This document shows, piece by piece, positions 26,552 through 35,033 of a stretch of DNA of 64,000 nt. Origin of the DNA: a virus. Taxonomy: Duplodnaviria; Caudoviricetes. The notes beneath the pieces were generated by a model. It saw only the letters and a list, made by a program, of their open reading frames with translations. It was not told the DNA's origin and searched no databases. Positions within the stretch are counted from its first letter, which is position 1. Every line of letters begins with the position of its first letter. Both the position numbers and the translations under genes were made by a program. The DNA is taken from positions 23,714 to 87,713 of the IMG/VR virus record IMGVR_UViG_2513237087_000004; one strand, given 5' to 3'.

Positions 26552-26736
26552 TCCCCCCTCCCCTTCGCCCAGGTCGCGGCATCACGGAGGAACTGGATGG
26601 CCTTCTCCGCGTCCGGCCGCAGGTGCTGGCGTTCGACCGGCCGCATCCGCTCGCCACGGCTCACGAAGGTGTCCACGGCATCCGCCATCTTCGTGTATTC
26701 GGCCGAGCTCCTGCGCAGCTTCTTCGGGTCGCTCAT
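26548..26736 (-). CDS. Small hypothetical protein
   Basis: MSDPKKLRRSSAEYTKMADAV...; coupled on both sides. Confidence 0.6.
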   Translation of the reverse strand: MSDPKKLRRSSAEYTKMADAVDTFVSRGERMRPVERQHLRPDAEKAIQFLRDAATWAKGRGE

Positions 26737-27185
26737 GTCGCAATGCCCTCCGGCAGCCACAGGACGTCGTGCATCGTCACCGCGATAGGGCGGCAGTAGC
26801 CGACAGCGCCGGTGTGCTTCAGTAGGGAAAACCAATTCCACCTGCGCTGCGGCAGCGATGAACCGGCGGCGCGGCCGGCGGACGGTCCGCGCACGATGAA
26901 ACCGCGCTCCATCACGAATCCGCCCCGCGGCAGCCGATCGGTGGGGATCTGGAAGACGAGGGGACGAACGGCCGCCGCGCCGTCCACGCAGTCGGCCTCG
27001 GCGACGTCCGCATCCCATTCGGCCATGTGCCTCGCGTGGTGCTCGGCGACGGCGAATTCATCCGTCAGGCAGACGAAGCCTCGGGCGCCTGCCCCATACT
27101 GCCTGTAGGGCTGAAGCCCGACGTTTAGAATGCTGCCCAGATAACAACTGGACGTCCCGTGATAGAGGATTGCGGGAAGGCTCAT
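26733..27185 (-). CDS. Putative ADP-ribosyltransferase-fold protein (Tpt1/KptA-like)
   Basis: LYHGTS...SILNVGLQP...VCLTDEFAVAEHHA. Confidence 0.5.
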   Translation of the reverse strand: MSLPAILYHGTSSCYLGSILNVGLQPYRQYGAGARGFVCLTDEFAVAEHHARHMAEWDADVAEADCVDGAAAVRPLVFQIPTDRLPRGGFVMERGFIVRGPSAGRAAGSSLPQRRWNWFSLLKHTGAVGYCRPIAVTMHDVLWLPEGIAT

Positions 27186-27418
27186 GCCGGCCTCCGCTGC
27201 TTGGAGACCACGAGGTACGCAAGATCGACCTGGTGCTGATCAATCGTTCGATGGCGGCCGTCCACGGCACCGTTCCGCCAGCCATGCCAATAGGACCGGG
27301 AGCGATTGCCGCCCGGCGCCGGCTCGCCGGCACGGCCATCGCGATAGCCGTCCAACATTTCCGCCTCGTCGAGGCTGGCGAGATCCTCAAGGGTCGTCAC
27401 GGGCTCGTGCGCGGTCAT
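27182..27418 (-). CDS. Conserved phage hypothetical protein
   Basis: LDEAEMLDGYRDG...GNRSRSYWHGWRNG. Confidence 0.7.
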   Translation of the reverse strand: MTAHEPVTTLEDLASLDEAEMLDGYRDGRAGEPAPGGNRSRSYWHGWRNGAVDGRHRTIDQHQVDLAYLVVSKQRRPA

Positions 27419-28014
27419 GCCGTCCTCGCGAAGAGGTCGCCCGGCCTGATCCCGGCGTCCGCCAACTTCAGGTGCCCCTGTCCCCAGAAAGCGATGCCGA
27501 CGGCTTCTGCCGCGTCCTTCTTCTTCACGTCGTAGCCCAGGCGCAGACATTGCTGCACGGCCCTGTCCTTGAGCCAGGCGCTGGCATCGCTCGTCCCCTT
27601 CGGGGCGCCGCGAACACCGAGGAAGGCCTGACGCCACTCCCGCTGGTTCACTTCCTCGCATGGGATGTTCAAGTCGAATGCGATCTCGCGGGCATGGCCA
27701 GCCAGCCCGTAGAGCCTGCGATAGGTTCCCATGCTGGACATCGGCTTCTTGATCTTCCGCGCCTTCGAGCTGAAGGCATCGGACTGGCTGAACACGATCT
27801 CGGTCCGCTCAAGATTCGTAGGGAGGGGCTCCTCCATCGCCAGGAACTCGACGCCGAAGGACACGAGCGTCGGCCGCAGCCACATCCTGAAGCCATGGAA
27901 GATCTCGGCATCCTCCTTGCCCCTCGGACGGTGGGCCTCCCAATGCAGCAGACGCTCGCCATCCATGATGGCGAGGCCGCTTGTCGTGGCTCCATCGAGG
28001 CCGGCGACGATCAT
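27415..28014 (-). CDS. RuvC-like Holliday junction resolvase
   Basis: VAGLDGATTSGLA, LAMEEP, NQREWR, KDAAEAVGIA. Confidence 0.72.
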   Translation of the reverse strand: MIVAGLDGATTSGLAIMDGERLLHWEAHRPRGKEDAEIFHGFRMWLRPTLVSFGVEFLAMEEPLPTNLERTEIVFSQSDAFSSKARKIKKPMSSMGTYRRLYGLAGHAREIAFDLNIPCEEVNQREWRQAFLGVRGAPKGTSDASAWLKDRAVQQCLRLGYDVKKKDAAEAVGIAFWGQGHLKLADAGIRPGDLFARTA

Positions 28015-28673
28015 CAGGCCGTCTCGGTCTCGTCTTCGGTCTCGACGTCGCTCTCGCCTTCGGAGTCGTCATCGATCTCGCCCTCGTCGGGGAGGACGTC
28101 GTCGAAGGGATCGCCATCCCCCGGCACGGTCGGAGCCGTGAAGGCGTCCTTCATGTCCGCGCGGACGACATTCTGGCCGGCGTCGTAGCCGGCATACCAG
28201 CGGTCCGCGACCTGCTGCGGATAGCGGGAGGGAGCCGAGCGCAACTCCGCCCCCATGCCGGCCCGCTTGCCTTCGGCGAAGGCCTTGTCCTCGACCGGGG
28301 TCCGGTCTTCGCTGAACAGGCCGGCCTGGCTGCCGAGCGGAAGGCCGAACCACCGCGCCATCCGGGCCTGACGCTCCATGTCGGCCTTCAGCCGGGCGAT
28401 GCCCTCGTCGGTGTCGAGCTCGATCGCCAACTTGATGTCGTCGACGGCATATTCGCCCAGCTCCGACTTGGCCTTCTTGCACACGTTCTTCAGCGCAGCA
28501 TCCGCCGCCTTCTTGGCGGCCAGCGCCTTCACGTACTGCCCCTTGTGCTGGAGCGTCAGCGCCTGCCTCTGCTCGTCGGACAGTTCGCCTGAATTGTGAC
28601 CGGGCGCGGCGGCAGCCGGCGTCACGACCTTAGGTTTGTTCTTGCTGCCCTTCGGGCGGCCACGCTGCACCAT
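28014..28673 (-). CDS. AT-hook + GapR/DUF2312-like nucleoid-associated protein
   Basis: N-terminal RGRPKGSKNKPK; GHNS then helical KAADAALKNVCKKAKSELG...IKLAIEL. Confidence 0.55.
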   Translation of the reverse strand: MVQRGRPKGSKNKPKVVTPAAAAPGHNSGELSDEQRQALTLQHKGQYVKALAAKKAADAALKNVCKKAKSELGEYAVDDIKLAIELDTDEGIARLKADMERQARMARWFGLPLGSQAGLFSEDRTPVEDKAFAEGKRAGMGAELRSAPSRYPQQVADRWYAGYDAGQNVVRADMKDAFTAPTVPGDGDPFDDVLPDEGEIDDDSEGESDVETEDETETA

Positions 28674-28682
28674 GTTCTTCTC

Positions 28683-29396
28683 CTATTCAGCAGGAATGGA
28701 GTCGCGGTCCTGCTGACGCCGCTGTTCAGGCAGAGCGCCGAAGAGCGCTGGCTCGTTGATCTCGTCGGTGATGACGTTGGCCGGCTTAATGCCGACGATC
28801 TCGCGACGCGGAGCGGTCACGGCCTCCGGGTCATCGAACTTGCCGATTTCCTTGCCCCAGCTTTGCCAACCAGGGCGTGATTGCCGGGAGAAGAGGTCGG
28901 CACGGTTCACGGCGCCGGGAACAAGACGCTCGGCCTCGCTGTAGCCTACGTCAGGCTTGCGCGAATGCGAGCGCAGCGGCCCCTCGATCACCGTGCGCAC
29001 CGACTTGCACGTCTCCGGGTCACCATTGGTCGCGATGATGAACGGCTCCGACGCGGACCGGAGCCTGTAGCCTGTGCCGAAGCCCAGCTTCCCTGTCTTG
29101 GTGCGCTTCACCCACACGCCGGTGGTGACGAACTTGAAGCACCAGGCTCTGGCCACTTCGATCTGCTGGTCGATCATGGGGTGCGTGCCCCAGAGCCAGA
29201 GAATGCAGTCTCCGGTGGCGAGGTGATTGACCGGGAACGCAGCAATCTCCTCGATCGCCATGGTCTCGTAATGCCCCTCGGGGCTCTTGTGCTTCTTTCC
29301 CTCGACCGACCAGGTGTCGAACCGCCAAGGCGGATCGGCCATGATCAGCCCAAACGACAGCGGCCGCAGATCGCCGAAGACCCAGTTGTGGCTCAT
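28683..29396 (-). CDS. MT-A70-family N6-adenine methyltransferase
   Basis: IMADPPW, HYETM, LWLWGTHP, GYRLRSASE, HSRKP, DLFSRQSRPGWQSWG; start ATG 29396. Confidence 0.92.
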   Translation of the reverse strand: MSHNWVFGDLRPLSFGLIMADPPWRFDTWSVEGKKHKSPEGHYETMAIEEIAAFPVNHLATGDCILWLWGTHPMIDQQIEVARAWCFKFVTTGVWVKRTKTGKLGFGTGYRLRSASEPFIIATNGDPETCKSVRTVIEGPLRSHSRKPDVGYSEAERLVPGAVNRADLFSRQSRPGWQSWGKEIGKFDDPEAVTAPRREIVGIKPANVITDEINEPALFGALPEQRRQQDRDSIPAE

Positions 29397-29578
29397 CGCA
29401 GATCCTCGGCGACCCATCTTCCGACGGTTGAAACCACAAGGCCGCCCACGTAGACGAAGAAGGCAGCCCACCACAACTCGCTGCCCACAAACATCGACGC
29501 GTATGAAATGGTGACGACCTCGGTAAACCTCCATCGGTTCAGGAAGAGGAACCTGGCGAACATCTTCAGTGCCATCAC
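29393..29578 (-). CDS. Small membrane protein
   Basis: Two hydrophobic segments; coupled between GcrA-like and MT-A70 genes. Confidence 0.55.
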   Translation of the reverse strand: MMALKMFARFLFLNRWRFTEVVTISYASMFVGSELWWAAFFVYVGGLVVSTVGRWVAEDLR

Positions 29579-30087
29579 CATGACGCCACCACTTTCGGCT
29601 TTGCGTCTCTGCTTTGCCTGGGCTCGAACACTCTGACCGAGCAACTCGGGCACCAGGACGTACCAGGGACGACACGGCGGCCGCAGCAGATGGCACCATC
29701 CTCATTGGTCGCGGAAAAGATGTACCGGCACTCCCCAGCCTTGGCCGTCATCAACGGCACGCCGGGCCCGAAGCGAGATGCGCCGGGCGAAGGCGGCTCG
29801 GGTGCCGCAACGGGCGGCGGGGCAGCGGGCGCGGGCGCGCTCAAGGGCGGCGACGCGGCACAGACCGGCTTCTTCCCGCGCCGCGCCGGCGTCACCCTGG
29901 CGCCGATGACCACAGGCTCCTTCTTGGCCTGCACCCATCCCATGCGCGATGCCTTGCTGATCATCGCATTTCGCGTGATCACCACCCCGAACTGCTGGCT
30001 CACGACGGAGGCGACGCGCCCATACGTCTCGCCGGCGCGCACCAGGGGCTCGGCGGCGGCCAACACCTCCTCCGACCAGACGCTCAT
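29575..30087 (-). CDS. gcrA: GcrA-like cell-cycle regulator
   Basis: MSVWSEE...ITRNAMISKASRMG N-terminal HTH, Pro/Ala linker, LMTAKAGECRY...CCG...SWCPSC C-terminal domain. Confidence 0.8.
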   Translation of the reverse strand: MSVWSEEVLAAAEPLVRAGETYGRVASVVSQQFGVVITRNAMISKASRMGWVQAKKEPVVIGARVTPARRGKKPVCAASPPLSAPAPAAPPPVAAPEPPSPGASRFGPGVPLMTAKAGECRYIFSATNEDGAICCGRRVVPGTSWCPSCSVRVFEPRQSRDAKPKVVASW

Positions 30088-30413
30088 GATGAAGCTCCAA
30101 GGTAAGCGCTGATGGCCTCCGCGGCGGCGACCTCTGGGCTGATGCTCTGCGCCTTGGCGAAGGCCTCCAGCGCGACGCGCACCTCGGCCCGCAGCGGAAC
30201 CTTGATCGCCGGGTCAGCCGGCCAGAGGGATCTGCTTCGGCCGCGCTCGGCATTCACCGCACCGGCAGCGACCAGGGCATCCACCACGCGCTTCGCGCTC
30301 GACCGCGCCTTGAGGCCGAGCTCGGCGCCGATCTCGCTCAACGAGGGTGGATAGCCGCGATCGGCGCAGAACTTGCGGATGAACAGGAGGGCGCGGTGCT
30401 GCTGCGGTGTCAT
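30084..30413 (-). CDS. LexA-like DNA-binding domain protein without peptidase domain
   Basis: MTPQQHRALLFIR...GYPPSLSEIGAELGLKARSSAKRVVDAL...RGRSRSL. Confidence 0.8.
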   Translation of the reverse strand: MTPQQHRALLFIRKFCADRGYPPSLSEIGAELGLKARSSAKRVVDALVAAGAVNAERGRSRSLWPADPAIKVPLRAEVRVALEAFAKAQSISPEVAAAEAISAYLGASS

Positions 30414-30913
30414 GACGCCAGGTCCGATCCGCTCATCGGTCGTTCAGGCTGGCCCAGAACTGGGCCCGCAGAAGCCAGCGAAAGGACTTGTCCGCGTACC
30501 GCTTCGACTTGCTGGATGATCTCACGGCCAACCATTCCAGGACGAAGGGCGGCAAGACCTTCCTGAACCACCTGCAGAGTGGCGAGAATGTCGGCGGCGT
30601 CGGCGGCGAGGATGGATGCGGTTCGGACATTGCGCCCCTCATGGCTCAAGCTCTTCTGGGTTTCGACGTAGCGAGCGTGCTCCTCGGCCTGGCGCCGGAG
30701 CGCCCTGGACGCGCGCGCCGCCGCCTGTAGCGAGAGGATCTCTTCGCCCGACGGCTTGGCTTCCTTGTTCCAGATCCGGCGCAAGCGACGTGCGCCAATC
30801 CCGGTCTTCGCCGAGACCTCGTCGAATGCTTCCTTGAGCGTGAAGCCAAGCCGCTTCGGCGGAGAGATCTCGTTGATGCTGTTGACGAACTCGTCATATG
30901 TCGGGTCGGTCAT
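30410..30913 (-). CDS. Putative CII-like HTH regulator
   Basis: Position after cro; VSAKTGIGARRLRRIWNKEA. Confidence 0.5.
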   Translation of the reverse strand: MTDPTYDEFVNSINEISPPKRLGFTLKEAFDEVSAKTGIGARRLRRIWNKEAKPSGEEILSLQAAARASRALRRQAEEHARYVETQKSLSHEGRNVRTASILAADAADILATLQVVQEGLAALRPGMVGREIIQQVEAVRGQVLSLASAGPVLGQPERPMSGSDLAS

Positions 30914-31039
30914 GGCCGCCCCGCTAACGCCAAGTCCTGGGAAAATTTCCCAGGAACTGGTCCAAGTTTCCCAGCATCTGGCACCTCCCGCCGCATAGCT
31001 TCGACAGCGTTGGAAGTGACAACCGAGGGGATTGGAGAG

Positions 31040-31381
31040 ATGAACGCCAACCAGGACACGATCGGCCGACAAGCACGGATCGCGGCAAGGGGGCGATGGA
31101 TGGCACACATGGATGCAGACGAAGTCGAAGAGTTGGTCCGCCACATCGGGGCGGTCCAGCATGCGATGCTGGAGATCCAGCAGGGCATGTTCCGCGCCCT
31201 GATTGGCGCGGGCGTGATCTCGGGCGAGGACGCCGCTGTGAGCATCAGCGGTGTCATCGACCAGCTCGAGGCCCATGCGGACCTGTTCGCCGAGACCGGC
31301 CCTGCGCCGGAGACGCTGCGAGCGATTGCAGCCTCTCTCCGGGGAGACGTCGATCGATATCTGAAGCAGGGCCAAGGCTGA
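31040..31381 (+). CDS. Hypothetical protein antisense to the cro operon
   Basis: GGAGAG RBS, 113 aa helical, occupies the cro-CII gap. Confidence 0.55.
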   Translation: MNANQDTIGRQARIAARGRWMAHMDADEVEELVRHIGAVQHAMLEIQQGMFRALIGAGVISGEDAAVSISGVIDQLEAHADLFAETGPAPETLRAIAASLRGDVDRYLKQGQG

Positions 31382-31444
31382 TGGTGGGGTGCTGCGCCAG
31401 ATGGGACCGGCGCAACACCTCAACCATGAGGTCGCAGACGCGGC

Positions 31445-31687
31445 TCATGCCGCTACACCGGCGCGCCTGCGGTTGGCGCTGGGGCGGAGCGCCTTGCTGC
31501 GCATCTCCTGCAGTTGCTCCAGCGAGATCGTCTCGCCCTTGGCACAGATGGCCTGCTGGACCTTTGCCCAGTACTCGGGGGGAATCGATCCGCGCGCCTT
31601 CATCGTGCGCAGATGGCCGGCCTCCACACCCAGCGTCTCCGCTGCGCTGTCGCCAAGAAGCTCGAAGACTTTCGCGAACGTATCCAT
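31445..31687 (-). CDS. cro: Cro-like repressor
   Basis: 80 aa; TFAKVFELLG...LGVEAGHLRTMKARGSIPPEYW; divergent from cI. Confidence 0.82.
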   Translation of the reverse strand: MDTFAKVFELLGDSAAETLGVEAGHLRTMKARGSIPPEYWAKVQQAICAKGETISLEQLQEMRSKALRPSANRRRAGVAA

Positions 31688-31692
31688 GCCAT

Positions 31693-31760
31693 ATCGCTAC
31701 AACAGGTATCGCTGATGGTCAATACGGCGTGTAGCGATCTAGCCGCTACGATTTGTATCT
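31693..31760. promoter_or_regulatory. OR: three CGCTAC-N5-GTAGCG-like operators overlapping PR and PRM
   Basis: CGCTAC-AACAG-GTATCG (31695), CAATAC-GGCGT-GTAGCG (31720), CGCTAC-GATTT-GTATCT (31744); minus-strand TTGACC-17-TAGCGA; plus-strand TACGAT at 31747-31752. Confidence 0.8.
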
Positions 31761-32495
31761 ATGGCTGAAGCAACACCAGAGCGCGGCGCCCAAGGGGCCC
31801 GCTTGAAACAAGCCCGTGAAACGGCAGGGTTCAAATCCGCGCGCGATGCTGCCCTCTCGAACGGCTGGCCGGAGAGTTCCTATCGCGCGCACGAGAACGG
31901 AACTCGCACGATCGGCCAGGACGACGCGATCAGGTACGCCCGCCGCTTTGGCAACGTCACTGCCGAGTTCATCTTGTTCGGACCAACCGGCTCTGCACGT
32001 GCAGCGGTCGATCCGGTCCCGGCCCGTAATGTCCTCCTACCAAAGCCGGATGCTTCATTCCCTATACCGATGCAGTTCCCGCCCCGTATGCTACCCGTGT
32101 TCGGACAGGCGGCGGGTGGGATGAACGAAGACGGCAGGTTCATTTTGAACGGGCAGAAGGTCGCGGACGTTTTCTGCCCGCCGGCACTCACCAACGTCGT
32201 CGGCGCCTACGGGATTTATATTTCCGGGGAGTCTATGGCCCCCCGATATGAGCACGGAGAGCTGCTGCTCATTCACCCTGGACTGCCCGTCAGCCGAGGC
32301 AACTATGTCCTGGCTCAGATCCAGGGCGACGACGGCGATCCGCCCTACGGCTACGTGAAGAAGTTCATCTCCAAGAACGCCAAGGAGCTCGTGCTCGAGC
32401 AACTCAACCCGCCGGAGGGACAGGACAAGATCCTACGGTTCCCGGCCGAGCGGGTGATTGCCGTCCACCGCGTGTTCAGCGCCGGAATGGGCTGA
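31761..32495 (+). CDS. cI: CI repressor (XRE HTH + S24 peptidase)
   Basis: RLKQARETAGF...SYRAHENG; ISGESMAPRY (catalytic Ser), YVKK (catalytic Lys). Confidence 0.92.
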   Translation: MAEATPERGAQGARLKQARETAGFKSARDAALSNGWPESSYRAHENGTRTIGQDDAIRYARRFGNVTAEFILFGPTGSARAAVDPVPARNVLLPKPDASFPIPMQFPPRMLPVFGQAAGGMNEDGRFILNGQKVADVFCPPALTNVVGAYGIYISGESMAPRYEHGELLLIHPGLPVSRGNYVLAQIQGDDGDPPYGYVKKFISKNAKELVLEQLNPPEGQDKILRFPAERVIAVHRVFSAGMG

Positions 32496-32610
32496 GTGCA
32501 AAAAGCTCTGGCTCCCCGCAGAATCGATTCGACTCGTCGAAAAAGCGCATCCAAAATGAGAACATAACGCGAACGCGGAGTGTGTGGGGATGCCGGGGGG
32601 ACGTGGAGAT

Positions 32611-32835
32611 ATGAGCCTGGGCGACTGCTCATCGGTGCTGCTTGTCTGCAGGGATTGCGGGCGTACCGCCGTGTGGTTCGACCGCGAGTTCGCGCGTATC
32701 GGATGCGGGCCGTCGACCTCTCTTTCGACCTTCTCACGCCGGCTGAAGTGCACAACGTGCTCGCTCAATGGCAATCCGGGAAAGTCGTTCACTGTCAAGG
32801 CATTCCCTGCGCGCGTCACACAGGAGGCAGCGTGA
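32611..32835 (+). CDS. Small Zn-finger protein
   Basis: CRDC...CTTC. Confidence 0.55.
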   Translation: MSLGDCSSVLLVCRDCGRTAVWFDREFARIGCGPSTSLSTFSRRLKCTTCSLNGNPGKSFTVKAFPARVTQEAA

Positions 32836-33092
32836 TGGGAGCGATGACGCTTTATGTGGTCCAGGCGTTCGAGCGGTGCGAGGAAGGCTTCACCGCCGAC
32901 GAGCCGCGGGAGTGCCGATCGGCGGCCCACGCCAAGCAAGTCGCCAAGAAGTTGAAAGCTAAAAAGCTCGGCGTGATCGCATGGTCGCGCACGTCGCCTG
33001 ACGCGGATCTCGGCGAGTGGGGCGAACCAGAAGTGCTCGCCAGGTTCGGCCATATCCCCGAGGACTTCGAGGCGTCCGGCGTCGTGGAGTAG
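32832..33092 (+). CDS. Conserved alphaproteobacterial hypothetical protein
   Basis: YVVQAF...GVIAWSRTSPDADLGEWGEPEVLARFG. Confidence 0.7.
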   Translation: MMGAMTLYVVQAFERCEEGFTADEPRECRSAAHAKQVAKKLKAKKLGVIAWSRTSPDADLGEWGEPEVLARFGHIPEDFEASGVVE

Positions 33093-33117
33093 TGACGTAG
33101 CGTGCCACCCAGCGGCA

Positions 33118-33957
33118 ATGCTAAAGCTCGACGGAATTGCCTTGGAACATTGTGAGTGGGGGACAATGCCGAGCTCTTCAGTTTGCCGATATGAGCATTT
33201 TGAAACGGATTGGTACCGGCGGTTGGCCGAGAAGATGGGTCTGGTCGGCTGGCTCCATCGAAAGCCCTGGGAATTCTGCATCATCGCAGCCGCACTTGAG
33301 GAGAGGGACATGCTCGGGCCCGGCCGCCGCGGCCTGGGCTTCGCCGTCGGCAAGGAGGTGTTGTCGTCCTATTTCGCTGCATGCGGCGTTGACGTGGTGG
33401 CCACTGACCTGGACCCCGCCAAGCTGGAGGCCAATTGGCTCCGGTACGGCCAGCACGCGAGTTCGCTCGACGCTCTCCACCACCCAAGCATCGTGGACCG
33501 CCAGACCTTTGACGCCCGGGTGTCGTTCCGCACTGCGGATATGCGCAAACTGGAGGACAGCTTGGGCGTCGGTAGTTACGATTTCCTATGGAGCGCTTGC
33601 GCGCTTGAGCATCTGGGGAGTTTGCGCGCCGGCATGGACTTCGTGCGCAACGCCATGCGATTTCTGAAGCCCGGCGGCATCGCGGTACATACAACCGAGT
33701 ATAACGTCGGATCAAACGTAAAGACGAAAACTCGGGGTCCATCGGTCATCTATCGGCGGCGGGATATGGAAGATCTCGAATATTCTCTCCGCCATCTTAG
33801 GTGCGGCTTGGAACCTATAGAATTCGATGCCGGGACGCATCATCACGACCTCAATTATGACGAGCCTCTGCGTCAGGTGGAGGGGCGCACACACCTAAAG
33901 CTGATGGGGCACGGCGATCTATTCACTTCCATGCTCATCGTGATCCGCAAAGGCTGA
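33118..33957 (+). CDS. Class I SAM-dependent methyltransferase (glycan/small-molecule type)
   Basis: HRKPWEF, GLGFAVGKE, VVATDL, YDFLWSACALEHLG, LKPGGIAVHTTEYN. Confidence 0.85.
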   Translation: MLKLDGIALEHCEWGTMPSSSVCRYEHFETDWYRRLAEKMGLVGWLHRKPWEFCIIAAALEERDMLGPGRRGLGFAVGKEVLSSYFAACGVDVVATDLDPAKLEANWLRYGQHASSLDALHHPSIVDRQTFDARVSFRTADMRKLEDSLGVGSYDFLWSACALEHLGSLRAGMDFVRNAMRFLKPGGIAVHTTEYNVGSNVKTKTRGPSVIYRRRDMEDLEYSLRHLRCGLEPIEFDAGTHHHDLNYDEPLRQVEGRTHLKLMGHGDLFTSMLIVIRKG

Positions 33958-34142
33958 TTGATCAGAACGCGGACAGACGGAAGGGCCGCGACCCGCCGGT
34001 GGCTACGCTGCCTGCCGAACTGGCAACTTGCGCAGAGGTGGAGGCTTCGGCGCTGTTCAGCCGGCCACATATAGCTGAGATAGACAATCCCAACCTGTTC
34101 CGCCAACATTCTCCGGGACCACGAGGCCCCGGGGAAGGCAAG

Positions 34143-35033
34143 ATGTCGTTCGTAAATCGGATTCTTAGAAAGTTTTCCAGGACGAGAGATAAAGTCGCCC
34201 GCATTACTCCATACCCAAGAAAACGATTTATTCCAACGAACGCATATCTTGGAAATGATACAGTCATTTCGCAATTATGGTACGGAGATGCAATCCTTTT
34301 GGATGCATCAGATCTGCATATATCCCCATCTGTATTGATGCTTGGAATATGGGAGCCACATATTACTCAGTTCATGATCGACAATCTCCATGAAGGAGAC
34401 GTGTTCCTCGATGTCGGCGCGAACGTTGGATATTTCTCACTTTTGGCATCCAGGATCGTCCAAGCACAGGGGCTTGTGCTCGCATTCGAACCACAGGCAA
34501 GGTTGGCGAGGCTCGTGCGGGCCAGCCTTGAAATGAACGCCTACAAGCCGATCTCGTTCGTTCAGGCCATTGCCATCGGCGAACGAGAGGAAGTCGGCAC
34601 CCTCGGCCACATGGCAAACTCCAGCGGTTCGTCGTCGCTCGAACCTGGTTTCGGCGACGGTAGCAGACCGGCGGACCAGGTCACTGTCGCGCGCCTGGAC
34701 ACAGCGATAGCTGAGGCTCAGGGGACGATCGGAAGGAGCATCACGCCTTCCATGATAAAAATTGACGTTGAAGGCTACGAGTATTCCGTGTGGCGCGGAA
34801 TGCAACAGACGATTGCGTCTCTTGAAAAACTGACTGTGCTGATTGAGTTTTCGCCAGGGCGATACGTCTCACTGGGCCAGGATCCATCGGCGTTCATCGC
34901 CGATATACGGTCACATGGATTTTCAATTTTCGCCCTCGATAATCACGGTGCGGAAACTCCATTCTGCGTCAGTTCGATTCCCGCGATCATCGCGCGCAAC
35001 GACTTCATAGACTTGGTGCTACGCAAGGGATGA
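34143..35033 (+). CDS. FkbM-family methyltransferase
   Basis: FLDVGANVGYFS, VLAFEP, IKIDVEGYE, LIEF; lower GC. Confidence 0.92.
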   Translation: MSFVNRILRKFSRTRDKVARITPYPRKRFIPTNAYLGNDTVISQLWYGDAILLDASDLHISPSVLMLGIWEPHITQFMIDNLHEGDVFLDVGANVGYFSLLASRIVQAQGLVLAFEPQARLARLVRASLEMNAYKPISFVQAIAIGEREEVGTLGHMANSSGSSSLEPGFGDGSRPADQVTVARLDTAIAEAQGTIGRSITPSMIKIDVEGYEYSVWRGMQQTIASLEKLTVLIEFSPGRYVSLGQDPSAFIADIRSHGFSIFALDNHGAETPFCVSSIPAIIARNDFIDLVLRKG

